DNA from: Takakia lepidozioides
Taxonomy: Eukaryota; Plantae; Bryophyta
Length of the DNA stretch: 64,000 bases
Reading direction: 5' to 3'
Assembly (NCBI GenBank): GCA_030704615.1
Contig: CM060732.1
Location: forward strand, 40,548,001 to 40,612,000
The notes below the pieces were generated by a model, which did not search any database, had not been told where the DNA came from, and saw only the letters and a program-made list of their open reading frames with translations. Positions 49,195 through 60,300 of this stretch are shown one piece after another. The translations under genes and the position numbers were made by a program. How positions within the stretch are numbered: position 1 is the first letter of the stretch; each line of letters begins with the position of its first letter.

Positions 49195-50354
49195 GCAAGG
49201 AGCAGGAAAGAAAAATTTCCCAGTTTTTCACGTTGGGGGAATGTTCACCGCCCTCGTTGCCGGTGCTCTCAAATTCAGGAAGGGCCTTGGGAACTACCCT
49301 TCCCTAATACTGAGTTATGGATTGCAAGCCAAAAAGATGTTGTCCGTATATCATTGGTGACTGACTGGCCACTACCCTTTTATGCCTAAAAATAAAAAAA
49401 AGTGCAGATCTTCATATATTTAACCCTTAATTTCCTTTAACTTCCTAGTAGAAGATGCAATTTTTCACTCTAACAACTTTTTTTTTTGTTTTTTAAAGGA
49501 AAGGGGATGGATGCCCTTTTAATAATATTAAATAAATAGAGTTTTACAAAATGGTGGAAAAAATAACCACCTAGGGGCCATGAAGGCGTAGTGCGGGGAA
49601 CTTCCCCGGAACCGTAGCAAAGTCTAGCTAGAGAAAGTTGGGGGAGACATATATAGAAGCAGGTGTCTAAGTGCCTGATGGCAAGGGGGGGGGGCCTAAG
49701 AAGAGAATGTTGGGTGAAAATCTAAGGGAGCCATAAGAGGGTAAGAGCTATCTAGAAGAGGAATTTGAGGAGAAGAACATGCAAGAACAAAAAGAGAAGC
49801 TGGAGCTACTCGCAGAGGTGAGATAGGTGAGAGTGATGAGGCGGGGCCTCCAATAACTAGATGTCCGATTCTGCTATGAATTTGAGCTAGAATTTAAGTT
49901 GAGCTTTGAACATAGGATCCCTAGAGCGCTTGTGGTTTCAGTTGTGCTCCCATTCTTTGCCTTCAGCTGGGGTCTTGCCATTGCGCAGGGATGGTGTCTC
50001 TCCATCGAACCTCGGGGGGTTCACTATTCATATAAATCTCATAACATGTGCGATCAAGACATGTTTATTAATACCTCTGTACTCAGCATTGTACACTGAT
50101 ATTGACCCCTTGTATGTATTTTAATTACGAATTTACCCATCCCTTGTGTATAAAAACTTGTACAAAATTTTTATTTAAAAAAAAGTCCCTCCCCGCACAA
50201 AAAAAGAGAAAAATTTAAGTCTTAGGGTCAATCCCATCAACAAATGCAGAAAAAAATAAAAATAAAATAAAAATCCTCTTATATGTTTTTATAGATCTTT
50301 GTAAAGTTTATGTAAATGCATTATCCCCTACGTATACTTCAATATTTTAACCAA

Positions 50355-51000
50355 TCATAACCCTTCCCATACATATATTTCGTGCAATTGTTCAAAAACC
50401 CCTCTCCGGTAAAGTATTGATCGCAGATGGTGTTCTAGCCTAATGAAGAATGAACCCCCCCCCCCCCCCCGAGCATTGAACATAGTTGGAAACGCGGGTG
50501 CAAAGTAGCCTGCTCTTGCCCCAGGTGAGGTCGAAATCTTGGAGCAATTTAGCCTTGCGTTGAGCCGAGGATTTGGAAATAGCTGCACACAAGATAACCC
50601 ATGCCTTTCTGATTCCCTCAGTCATCAGATCAAGGTAAATATTGAACATGATTGTTCTGATGCTGGGGGCCTCCCCTGCTACCTGTTTTTACAATGAGAT
50701 TTCTAGATATTCCAAAATGTATGGGCCTTAAGACAAGTCCAGAGGGGGAGGACAACATTGGTAGCCCTGGGTTGATGTTGACTAGGAACTGGGAAATGGG
50801 AAGAGGAATGTGGTGTACCATGGGGCATTGTACCAAGCAGTGTTCAATCGTTTCCACGGAGTGGCGACAGATGGAACAATGTTGAGGCCCATCCCAAAAG
50901 TTACTGCTGATAGGCAGAATCTTAGGTGCCATTTTCCACCGAAACTTTGGCTGTTTTTTTTTTTTGCCATATGTCTTTCCAAATGAAGTTCCACTCACTT
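50355..51000 (-). mobile_element. L1-type LINE 3' fragment (zf-RVT zinc knuckle)
   Basis: RWKMAPKILP...HCSICRHSVETIEHCLVQCP matches the CxxC..E...H...CP motif of plant L1 ORF2. Frameshifted. Confidence 0.7.
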
Positions 51001-51298
51001 CTGCCTCCTAGCGTGGCATCTTATTTTTGCTGCCATTTTTGAGGAAGGATATGAGGGGTAAGAGCAGGGAGTATCTTTTTTGACTCTGTAAGCGAAGAAC
51101 AAGTTCTATAGAAGTATCATGAGGCTACCCGCTACCAGCATTCATCCACTAAAAATGACCGTACATGTACATCACCAGAGTTGTGCGGGTATATCATATA
51201 CCTGGATATACCCACAGGGTATATCAGGGTATAATCATTTAACAATAACCAGGCTTTTTTGCTTACCCACCATTAGAATATAACTCTAGGATAATTAA

Positions 51299-52782
51299 CC
51301 CCTTATGGACGAGGCGACCCGTTTCGGGTCGCATCAGGGTGGCTACAGAATTCATCCACGATGTAACTTCGTCGGATGACATCGGATGAAAACAATTTCT
51401 GAACGAAAGTTGTGCGCCCTGATGTCATGCACTCCCCTGTCTTTATGGCACCCTAAAATAATAAAATCCCTGCCGTCAGTGATTTTTTTTAGTGTGCAGG
51501 GGCACCTAAATTTGGGTGGTTCACGGCCCTCCAGCACCTTTGACCTAGTGACGTGGCAGGCTAAAGGGGTGAGGGGGCGATCAAAAGCCGGCGATGGTTG
51601 CATGTCCACCCGTGCGGACACACCCAGGCACCCGAAATAATGATGATGACGGGCCCGGCAGGTGGCGGGAGCGGCTGGGTATCTTCTCGGGCACAGAGTC
51701 TCCAGCCTTCCTTGCATCGTTGCTTACGGGCAATTTCTCTCGATTGTCGCTGCTTTATGTTTTTGCTGCGCTTGTTTTTGCTATCGTCGCATGCAAGTGA
51801 TTTGCAGGGGGGGGGCTTCTATGTGTGCTCATTATGAGCGCAACTCGAGCTGCACAGCCACACATTTTCCATGCAGGAACCAGCAGGAGTTGTTCCGTTT
51901 TGCGAGATATGGCCTTGGAACTTGATCTTCCTGCTTTTTGTGCATTGACGATGCTGTTAGGGTTGGCGTTGCTGCTTGTACTACCTGCCGTCACAGATGC
52001 TAATGCGCGCTGCTTTTGTGTGTGTTCATGTGTGCTGCATTTCTGTATCTTCATCTCGCATGTTTTCTACATAGGCTTGCATTCATTGGGGTGAGTTGGG
52101 GTAATCTGTGTGGGGGTTAGGCAATGGATGGCACCTAAACGCAAAGCCTTGGATGCAGGTGAGCCACCACCACCTCCACTCGAGCTTGTAGGTGCAGCGG
52201 AGATTATAAGGGATTGGGCTGTGATGGAGCAGCATTGCACTGAGGAGCAGTACAAGGTAATCTTAGGTTGCCTGTGTCCAGAGTTCTTGTGTAGTTTGCC
52301 TCCACCGCACCGCCACTTGCGAATCGGTGGCCTCGTCATCCACGTCCTTACAATTTCCGCTTCTTGTTTAGGCGTCAAGTCGCTCTTGTTCTTGGTTGGA
52401 GAGAGAGACGAGAGGAAAGAGACAAGGAGGGTTTTAGTGACGCCGTGAATTTGGTTATGAGAGAAGATGTCTGGCCCGATGCCGACAGTCATATGCTGTA
52501 TCAATGAAAAATCATTTAGCCAGGCCAATTGCTTGATCAAACCATTTTTTCACTCCAAAACTAGAGCACAATAAATATTTACAGCTTACATTTTTGTTTT
52601 AATCTTCCTAATGACATGGTGAAATCACTTGAAAGTCTTACAGTGGATTCCTGAAGTAGGTAGGATTACTTTCATACGGTTCATCCCCCTAGATGTTTGC
52701 CAAATGTCAGATATGCCCTCAAACATGAGGACATGTTCCGTTTTGGCATTGGCCCACCAAAAACGGGCTCGACCATTAGGGG
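51299..52782. mobile_element. piggyBac-like non-autonomous DNA transposon (TTAA TSD, CCCC...GGGG ends)
   Basis: TTAA(51295-98)|CCCCTTATGGACGAGGCGACCCGTTT ... AAACGGGCTCGACCATTAGGGG|TTAA(52783-86). Confidence 0.72.
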
Positions 52783-53330
52783 TTAACAGATAATTATCTT
52801 TGTCCTGTATAGGATGTGGATTTACTCTGCCCCCAAGTAGGTAAGTGTTAGCTCAAAGGATATATCCCTGACCTGTTAATCATTCCAATGCCCCAACCTA
52901 GGTAATCCATTGGGCCACCTCACTTCATACCTAAGAGGTAGTTGATGGCCCCACACCACCTTGCCACACCTATTTCAAGCCTATTCAAGCTTGGCCAAGC
53001 CCCATAGCTTGTGACACTTGTAATTCAATAAAGCACCGGTCAAAAAATCTCTTTGTGGTTTCAGGGCGCGTGAATGGCACCAGAGAGCCCTGGTAGGTGC
53101 CTTACATTGCGTAAGCGCCCTGTAGAGCATGGCGGGGGTGCTTACACAATGTAAGAGGGCTTACCAATCCAATCTATAGAGAAAGGACACGTGTGATTTT
53201 TCTCCCTATGCTTCACGAACGGTAAGGCCCCTACATGCGGGCACAATATTTGGGTCGGGCTGCCAACCTCGGGCTAACGCCTTTAGCAGCCAACCCTGAA
53301 ATCGTGGAACGCCCTTGTGCAAGGGCCTTA

Positions 53331-53781
53331 GAGCATCTCCAAGGGTGGCCTCTAAATCTGCCCCCCTATTGAAGCTATGGCGGCCCACTTGGTGTGTCTA
53401 TGAAAATGAACTGTAGCTGTGGCCCATGTAGCTGTGGCCCACCTATTCACATTGAGTTCTCCCCTCCATAACAGGCACAAGCCACGTGTTGGTTGTGTGC
53501 ACATACTACGTGTTGCGCGCTGCCATGAGTGACACAATGACCTTGAGAATTTGGTCGAGGCCATGCCGCGTGTTGCCAACCGGAGCTCCCGGATGGTCAA
53601 CATTTGTTGACTTCCGCAAGCATGTGCAAGGCCTGCATCCTCCACCAAATTGGTAGTAATGTTTGCCGGTGGCTTAAGTGCCGTGCAGGGTGACTGCTGG
53701 GGTGCAGCTTTGAGCAACTTCAGCGACGACATCTGCAGCTTGCCGTTGCAGCGCGGCATGCCGTGACGGCCGGAAATGCTC
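53331..53781. mobile_element. Tourist-like (PIF/Harbinger) MITE; a second GAGCATCTCC terminus starts directly after, at 53785
   Basis: TTA|GAGCATCTCC ... GGAAATGCTC|TAA|GAGCATCTCC. Confidence 0.68.
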
Positions 53782-54225
53782 TAAGAGCATCTCCTACAGT
53801 GCAAGCCAAAAATGCCCCGCCAAGGACACTTTGCGGGCCCGTTTGGAGGGGCCAATTTCCAATATTGCGGAGTAGAGAAAAACCCCTACCCTGCAAGCAT
53901 GGTGCCTCGCTATCTTGGCCTTGCTCATAGGTTTGGGCCCGCCCTGCTCCGCAGGCAGTAGGTACTTTGGCCATAGAGAACTTGGAGTAGAGTTGTTGCC
54001 ATGGCTACGTGCGCGGAGTAATGAGGGTGGCAGACACGTGTAGTTAGGAGAAGGGTTCAAACATTTGGCGGGCCAAGTTTGGAGCCTGCTAGATAAGCCC
54101 CAATGTAGTGGGGCAAATGCCAATTTGAGCGGCCCGTCACACATTATTTGACCTTATTGCACCCTTGGGTTTAGTTTGGGCCCATCTTTCAGGGGACTAG
54201 ATAGGCGCCAGCCTGGTGTCTTTAC

Positions 54226-54767
54226 CAGTGTTGGGCGGGTACACAGGTCACACCACGGTATGTCCATCCCTGATCGCGGGGCCCATCCATACCTCTTACC
54301 CGGCCCAAGACTTGCCTAGGTGGGTTTGGCTCTCCGAAGGACCCGCCCCAAGACCTGTATAGGCGGGTTAGAGGTGTGGGAGGGAAAGGGGGGGGGGGGG
54401 TGGGCTTGTGAACTGAGGAGAATGAGGGCATGTGAAGAGGTGGCCCAGGTTGGTGATGACTAGCGCTAGTTAATGAAATAAGGGCAAAGATCATGACTCG
54501 GGTACTTTAGCAATTGGAGTCATTTAAATATATATATTTTAAATTAAATTCATGACCTGCCCTTACACATGACCGGGCTTCTATAACAACAAACCCTTGA
54601 TATCCATGACCGGCAATGAAAAAATGAACATAGACTATGCATATCCGCCGGACAACAAAAATCTTAATATCCTCACAAGTCCGGGCCGGCGGGCTTCTAG
54701 TGGGTTTCCATATTGACAAGTCCGGGCCCATAGGTCATGATCTCAGTAACGTACTGGCCCAACACTG
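54226..54767. mobile_element. hAT-family MITE
   Basis: 17-bp TIR CAGTGTTGGGCGGGTAC / GTACTGGCCCAACACTG (2 mismatches). 8-bp TSD GTCTTTAC / GTCTGTAC (7 of 8 match). Confidence 0.85.
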
Positions 54768-55499
54768 GTCTGTACCGTGCTACAGGAGATACTCTTACGC
54801 GATCAGCCCTCTTGTTCCAAAGTTGTTTGTGCTCCGCAACAATTATTATTATTTTAAAAAAGAAAGAAAGAAAGGGGACGGTGGCCCTTTTAATCAAATT
54901 AATAATAAAGAAGAGTGACATTTTAGTCACATTTACTTTTTGGGAGCTTGCAAAGGCGTGCTATGTAGCTAGGTTATCCCTCAATTATTCTGTCAATATT
55001 TGCGAGCATTGTTGAATATATCTTAATATAAAATTAAAATATGAAGCCAGACGTTTGTTTTGTTTTGTTTTGTTTTGTAGATTTGAGATGTGAGTCCCCA
55101 ACAGCGAGGCCCCAGCCCCGGTGCTTGGTACCATTGGAAAGACCTCGACGAGGAGGGGTGCACGGGCTTGGTCGGCTTGGTCTCATGATTTTTGGACATG
55201 TTGTGTGAGCGATGTGGAATTTCAAGTACTTTGGGTCGCTGGAAATTCCCGAAAAATAACAAAGTGGGAATTCCTGGGACAATGGTTGGAGCCTGGAGAG
55301 GAGAGATATTAGAGATATTAAGGGAAAGGTCTCCAGTTCAAATCTGGTCGTAGGCTCTGTGGAAAAAAAATGAATTTGGACTTAGATGACATTGGCCAAC
55401 GGCAGAGGCTACCCTAGAGGTTGCACTTGGGGTTGCACTTGGGCCTCGACATAGGAGATGGCACAGGCTACCCTAATATCTAATTAGTAATACTCGGGT

Positions 55500-55980
55500 G
55501 TTTTTGTTTTTGTTTTTTTTGTTTTTTTTCCCAAGGATAATTGGTATTATTTACATCCTCAGGATATATATGAGGATTTTTGTTATTTATTTATATCCTT
55601 CAAAATTCACCAACAGCAATATACCTTTATCCGGAGAATAAATATAATTTTCAACATAAAACATATCCGAACCCGGCGGGTAAGACAAAATAAATTTCCG
55701 GACCCCAGGGGTATCTTTAAAACAATATACCCGCACAACATTGGGTTTTTTTAATTTTAATTTTCCTTCCAAAGAAAGGGGTTCTAAGCTATGGCTCTTA
55801 GAAAGGCGGTGAGGGCGCTGAGGGACTCAGAAAATTTCCGCTCTCCTCCTCGACCTCCCCTTGCGCCGGACACCTCCTTACCTAAGGAGGTGAAAAAATC
55901 AAGCAACCGGCCAGTTAGGCTGGGCTGGGCATCCAAATAATCAGCCAAAGAACCTTCAAAAGAAGGAGCCAATACCTACT
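55500..55980 (-). mobile_element. Probable 5'-truncated LINE 3' end with poly(A) tail
   Basis: T-rich tract at 55501-55529 (poly-A on the minus strand), preceded by an AT-rich UTR and the end of an ORF. No diagnostic domain recognised. Confidence 0.35.
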
Positions 55981-56330
55981 GGTTATATGATGAAATCCGT
56001 CAGTTAGTAGTGTTCACACATTTTTCCCTACTTCAGGAAGGTTTTGTAAAGGGATGTTCTGAGGCTATGGTCATGGTATAGGGATAGGATCAACCCACTT
56101 CTGGGAACAAAAACTGTAGGCGCATAAGATCTCAATAGATGAGTGGCAGTTGTGGTGTGGATAGACACTCACTGAATTTGACATTTTATCGAGCACATGG
56201 GAAGTTTTGTCTGTGCTCGTTGACCCCTTCAGATTCCAGCTGTTCTGACTTCCACATCTGTGTTGCCACAACTCTGCTAAGCACTTATGTTGATGCTATA
56301 CCTGCACACCACTCAAAAACATTCCACCTG

Positions 56331-56500
56331 AGAAAAAGGAAAAAAAATGAAAGTAAAGACTTTATAACGTCCATAGGAGTGTAAAGAGCTGATCAGACAA
56401 AAGAAGGAATGATACAAGAAATAGTGTCCTCTACAAGCAGCCCGTAAAACAACCATCGAGAAATTCTCTAAAGTGGGAGCCTCATGTACATTAGCAGCAG
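56331..56500 (-). mobile_element. RTE/RTEX-like LINE 3' fragment
   Basis: TTTATAACGTCC..AAAGAGCT..GACAAAAG..CTACAAGCAGCCC is homologous to 59719-59880. Confidence 0.65.
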
Positions 56501-57310
56501 CTGTAACTGAATCTCATAATGAAAGGCCTCTTTAAGGGTAGGTGATTTCTGAACCAGGAATATATCAGCCGTAATTGGGCCAAAGAGCAAATACTGGAAC
56601 TGGTACATGCGACAATCCCAAATTGCCATGGAATTTGCACAGAGCTGAAAGCCATCCAGTGATTTGACTGTGCACTGATATATTGGTTTGCATGAAGAAC
56701 TTGGAATGGATTCCAGGACTGTTACTCTGGCCCTCTAGCTTGCAGCAGATGTGGCTATGGTTATACCACCAAATGGGTAAAAAGAGGGGAAAGAGAGTGT
56801 TCATACATGTACATGCATCTGCTGGCAGGATCCTCTAGACAGCAAGCGATACTAAATCTGTGTAGGTTGGTCCATTGCATCTCACATACAATGTCGAAGA
56901 TGGATCTCTGTTTAAAGTCTCATTAGTTTGGTGTGGGATAACAAGAGTATGACAAGAGGTTGTTAGTGCTGCAGACGGTGACATGCATGCTTGTAATATA
57001 CATGTGGTATCTGTCGTTACCTTGGTGAAACTTCTCGATTCTCTGGGAGATTTCCTGCTCCAAGGCAATACGTTTTCTGCATCTTCTCTTGTTCAACACT
57101 CCTGGAGGATGGTGCTGTCCGTGCTTTAGCATTTCTCCATCGATGCCTTGTTACTTGTTGGACCAAAACACTGCACTTTGGATTGGACGCTTCCTCCACT
57201 GTCAAAAATAACGCAATAGCATGACTGCCATAAAAGAGGTAAACTCACCAAAACCTCCACAGGTGCCCGGTGGACTTATCAAGAGAACAGAAATGCCTCC
57301 ATGGTTGGGC

Positions 57311-60300
57311 TCAAAGTGCCTTGAAAACTTGACCCATCCAGGACCCTGATGAGAAAAACTCTTCCGCATACGTCCACAGACCTTCTGGAAACCTGTTCCG
57401 TAATGTAAAAGACACAGGCACCGAAAGAGCCAAGACGCCATCCCTGTTGTTCCCAGAGTTGCTTGGCAATTCAGAGGCATGAAAGTAACAGGATCCTGCT
57501 TTGGATCTCTTGGTGGAGAACACTTGCACATCAGGGAGTGGTGATGACATGGATCCCCTGCTGCTAAAACTACTCCTGTGGGTTGTTTTTTCACTTTTTG
57601 GTCCATTTGCACTAGAGTCTCCATCACAGGAGGTTGCACGACCTTTTGCTGAATCCCAGCTGACTTTCTTTGAAGAGGTGAGAAAAGTGTCTGGCAAGGG
57701 CACTTTGCATCGGGCTCGGTCACTGTTACAACTACCCACTGAATCCAGATCTGACATTCCCCGGCTTATCCTGCACTTTTCCTTTTCAGCCATTTCCTCT
57801 TCTTCAGGTTTATCATTCTCATTTACATGTGAGCCCCCCACCCTCAGACTTTTCAGAAAAGCAAGAAGCATGTCCATGCTCAGCTCTTGTTGCACTACAT
57901 CACGGTTTCGCTCGCTGCCATAGCATACCGACAACAGTGTGCCTATCAAAATTGGTGTCAGCTTGGGGTCGCTGAAGAAAGCAAATGGAAGATCGCACAT
58001 CTGAAAACAAGACAAAGATCAAGGCAATCAGCAAGCAATGATTGTAATACAAAATTGCAGGACCCAAATCAATAGGCAGAGAGGCCACAAAAAATACAAG
58101 TTTTCGCAAGAAATGTATGTCACACAATCTAGCAATACCGATGTATCAAGCATCTCCCTTTCAAACTTCCTAACAAGGTGGAAGCCTTAATAATTGGGTT
58201 GCTATTTTACCTTGTGGAGTATTGTGGGAGTTTTACCCCAACGAAGCACTGCTTGATTCCCCGGGTGCACCAATGCAGCATAACCAAGAAGCAGTAGTGT
58301 CTCCAGTAGCAATGCAGCAACCTGTGGCAACCCCCAAAGTAACCCTGATACTTTCTGGTAAGTGAGCGCTTTGGACGGGGAGATACAGTTTAAGAAAGCT
58401 TTAGCTTATTCCCCTAAAACCTGCTAAGCAAATTACTTGTCTTACACCATCATGGACCGGTACATCGATTAGAAATGACAAATTACCTGGTCAGTGGCAC
58501 TTTTCCATTTGCGAGTACAATGCGAAAGTAGAAAGCTCACAAGGTAGAAAAACTCCCATCGTACATCTGGGAGAGCCTGCGAACCAGACAACATGTGAAA
58601 GACAAGCAAGAAAGACAAATAAATGAAATGAAACTTTATAATGTTGACGGGAAGCTCAATTCATCCAGAGACTTTAAGGTGAAAAGCTATGTAGATATGA
58701 TGCTCAGCATGTTTGGTCCTCGTAATAAAAGACCTCAAGGGATTCACTGTCTCGGAACAGGCAATAGCATTCTCCACGGATCTCATAGTAGAGAGGACAG
58801 CGAATGAAGAAATGTCCTTCAGTCTCAATCTCCCCTATGTCATCTCTAGCGCAGAGCGAGCACAAGCGGTAGGATGCTCCAGGTTGTCCGATCTACTCGC
58901 AGGCTGTGTGAGCCCACCCTCAACCTTCCCAATGCCTGTCCTCAACATGGAGATATTCGTTGGAGGAAAAATGCTCGTAGGAGTTCCGGATTTTTTCTCC
59001 CACTAAGGAACTGGTACACCAGTGACCCAGAATTCGGAGGCATAGACAACGGCAAGGGTTACAACCAAGCCAAAAAGCCACTTTTTTCTGGAAGCATGAT
59101 GCAGATGGATTTGTTTGCATTTCCCCTGAAGACATGGGGTCGCAGCCTTTCCCTTTGTCAATCTGTCTGTAAATGTAGCTGCAAATTTACATTTTGATGC
59201 ATGAATATCACTCCCAGATATGTGTACGACTTAACGACATTAATCTCTTGCTGGTTGAAGAGGAATATCCAATCAGCATGGGCATTAAAAACCATGGTCT
59301 TGGTTTTGTTGAGGTTGGCTTGCAGCCCATAGTCATTCGTGAACTCCTCTAAAGTGCGCAGGTGTTTCCTTAGGGAGATGGGAGATTGTGCCAATAGGAC
59401 AACATCAGGGGCATAAAGACGCACTGATTGTGTTGGACTCCCTTCAAAGGCTCCCCAACTCCATGATTCTTCGCAATGCAGTCCCCCAAAGCATCTGCAT
59501 AGCCTAAAGAGGGTAGGTGATGAAGGGCAGCCATGTTTTACCCCAGTATTGCTATGCACTTCTGAGAAATCCCCTGCCACCTTAACCGTGCCAAAGGCAG
59601 ACTCATACACGCATAAAATGGCTCATATGACGTCTCTCCAGAAGGTTGGCTTGAGGGGCAGAATCAAAAGCTTTCTAGAAATCCACAAAGCATGTGTACA
59701 ACATCTTCGTGTCTTGAGAAAATGAAATGATACTTCATAACGTCCACGGAAAGCTCAAAGAGCTTATGGGACAAGAGAAAGCATGAAACAAGAAAGGGGG
59801 TGGGGCCCTCCACAAGCAGCCCAAAAAACAACTAGCGATCAAGGGATCGTCCAAGGGTCAACGCCTCATGCAGATATGCTGCTAAGCATTTCTGATCTTC
59901 GTCAAGGAACACCTCTGTGAGAGATTGGCTATCTTGAACAATAGTATCTCCCATGTATCTCATAGTAGAAAGGACAGTGAAAGAAGAAATGTTCTTCACT
60001 TTCCCTCCTGTTATCCCTGGCACAAGCAAGGCACAGGCGGTCCTCACACCTACCAGTCTGTATACGCAGACTGTGGGAGCCCACCCTAAACTTCCCCAAT
60101 GCCCTTTGTAGAGAAGGAGATAGAGCTGCAGACAGGTAGTTGGGCTGCAAGATTCTGTCATCACGGAGGACCAAGATTGTCTCCCGATAGAACTGTAGTT
60201 TTGTTGCAAGATTGGCTCATTTCCAGGTTCGCCTGACATGAAGTTCCATCAGCTCCTGTCTGAAAGAAAGAAACTTTATAACGGGAAAGCTTGAAGAGCT

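Noticed and set aside
55270-55360. tRNA gene (T-arm-like CCAGTTCAAATCTGG)
   Set aside because: No acceptor or anticodon stems can be built; at most a decayed tRNA-derived SINE head.
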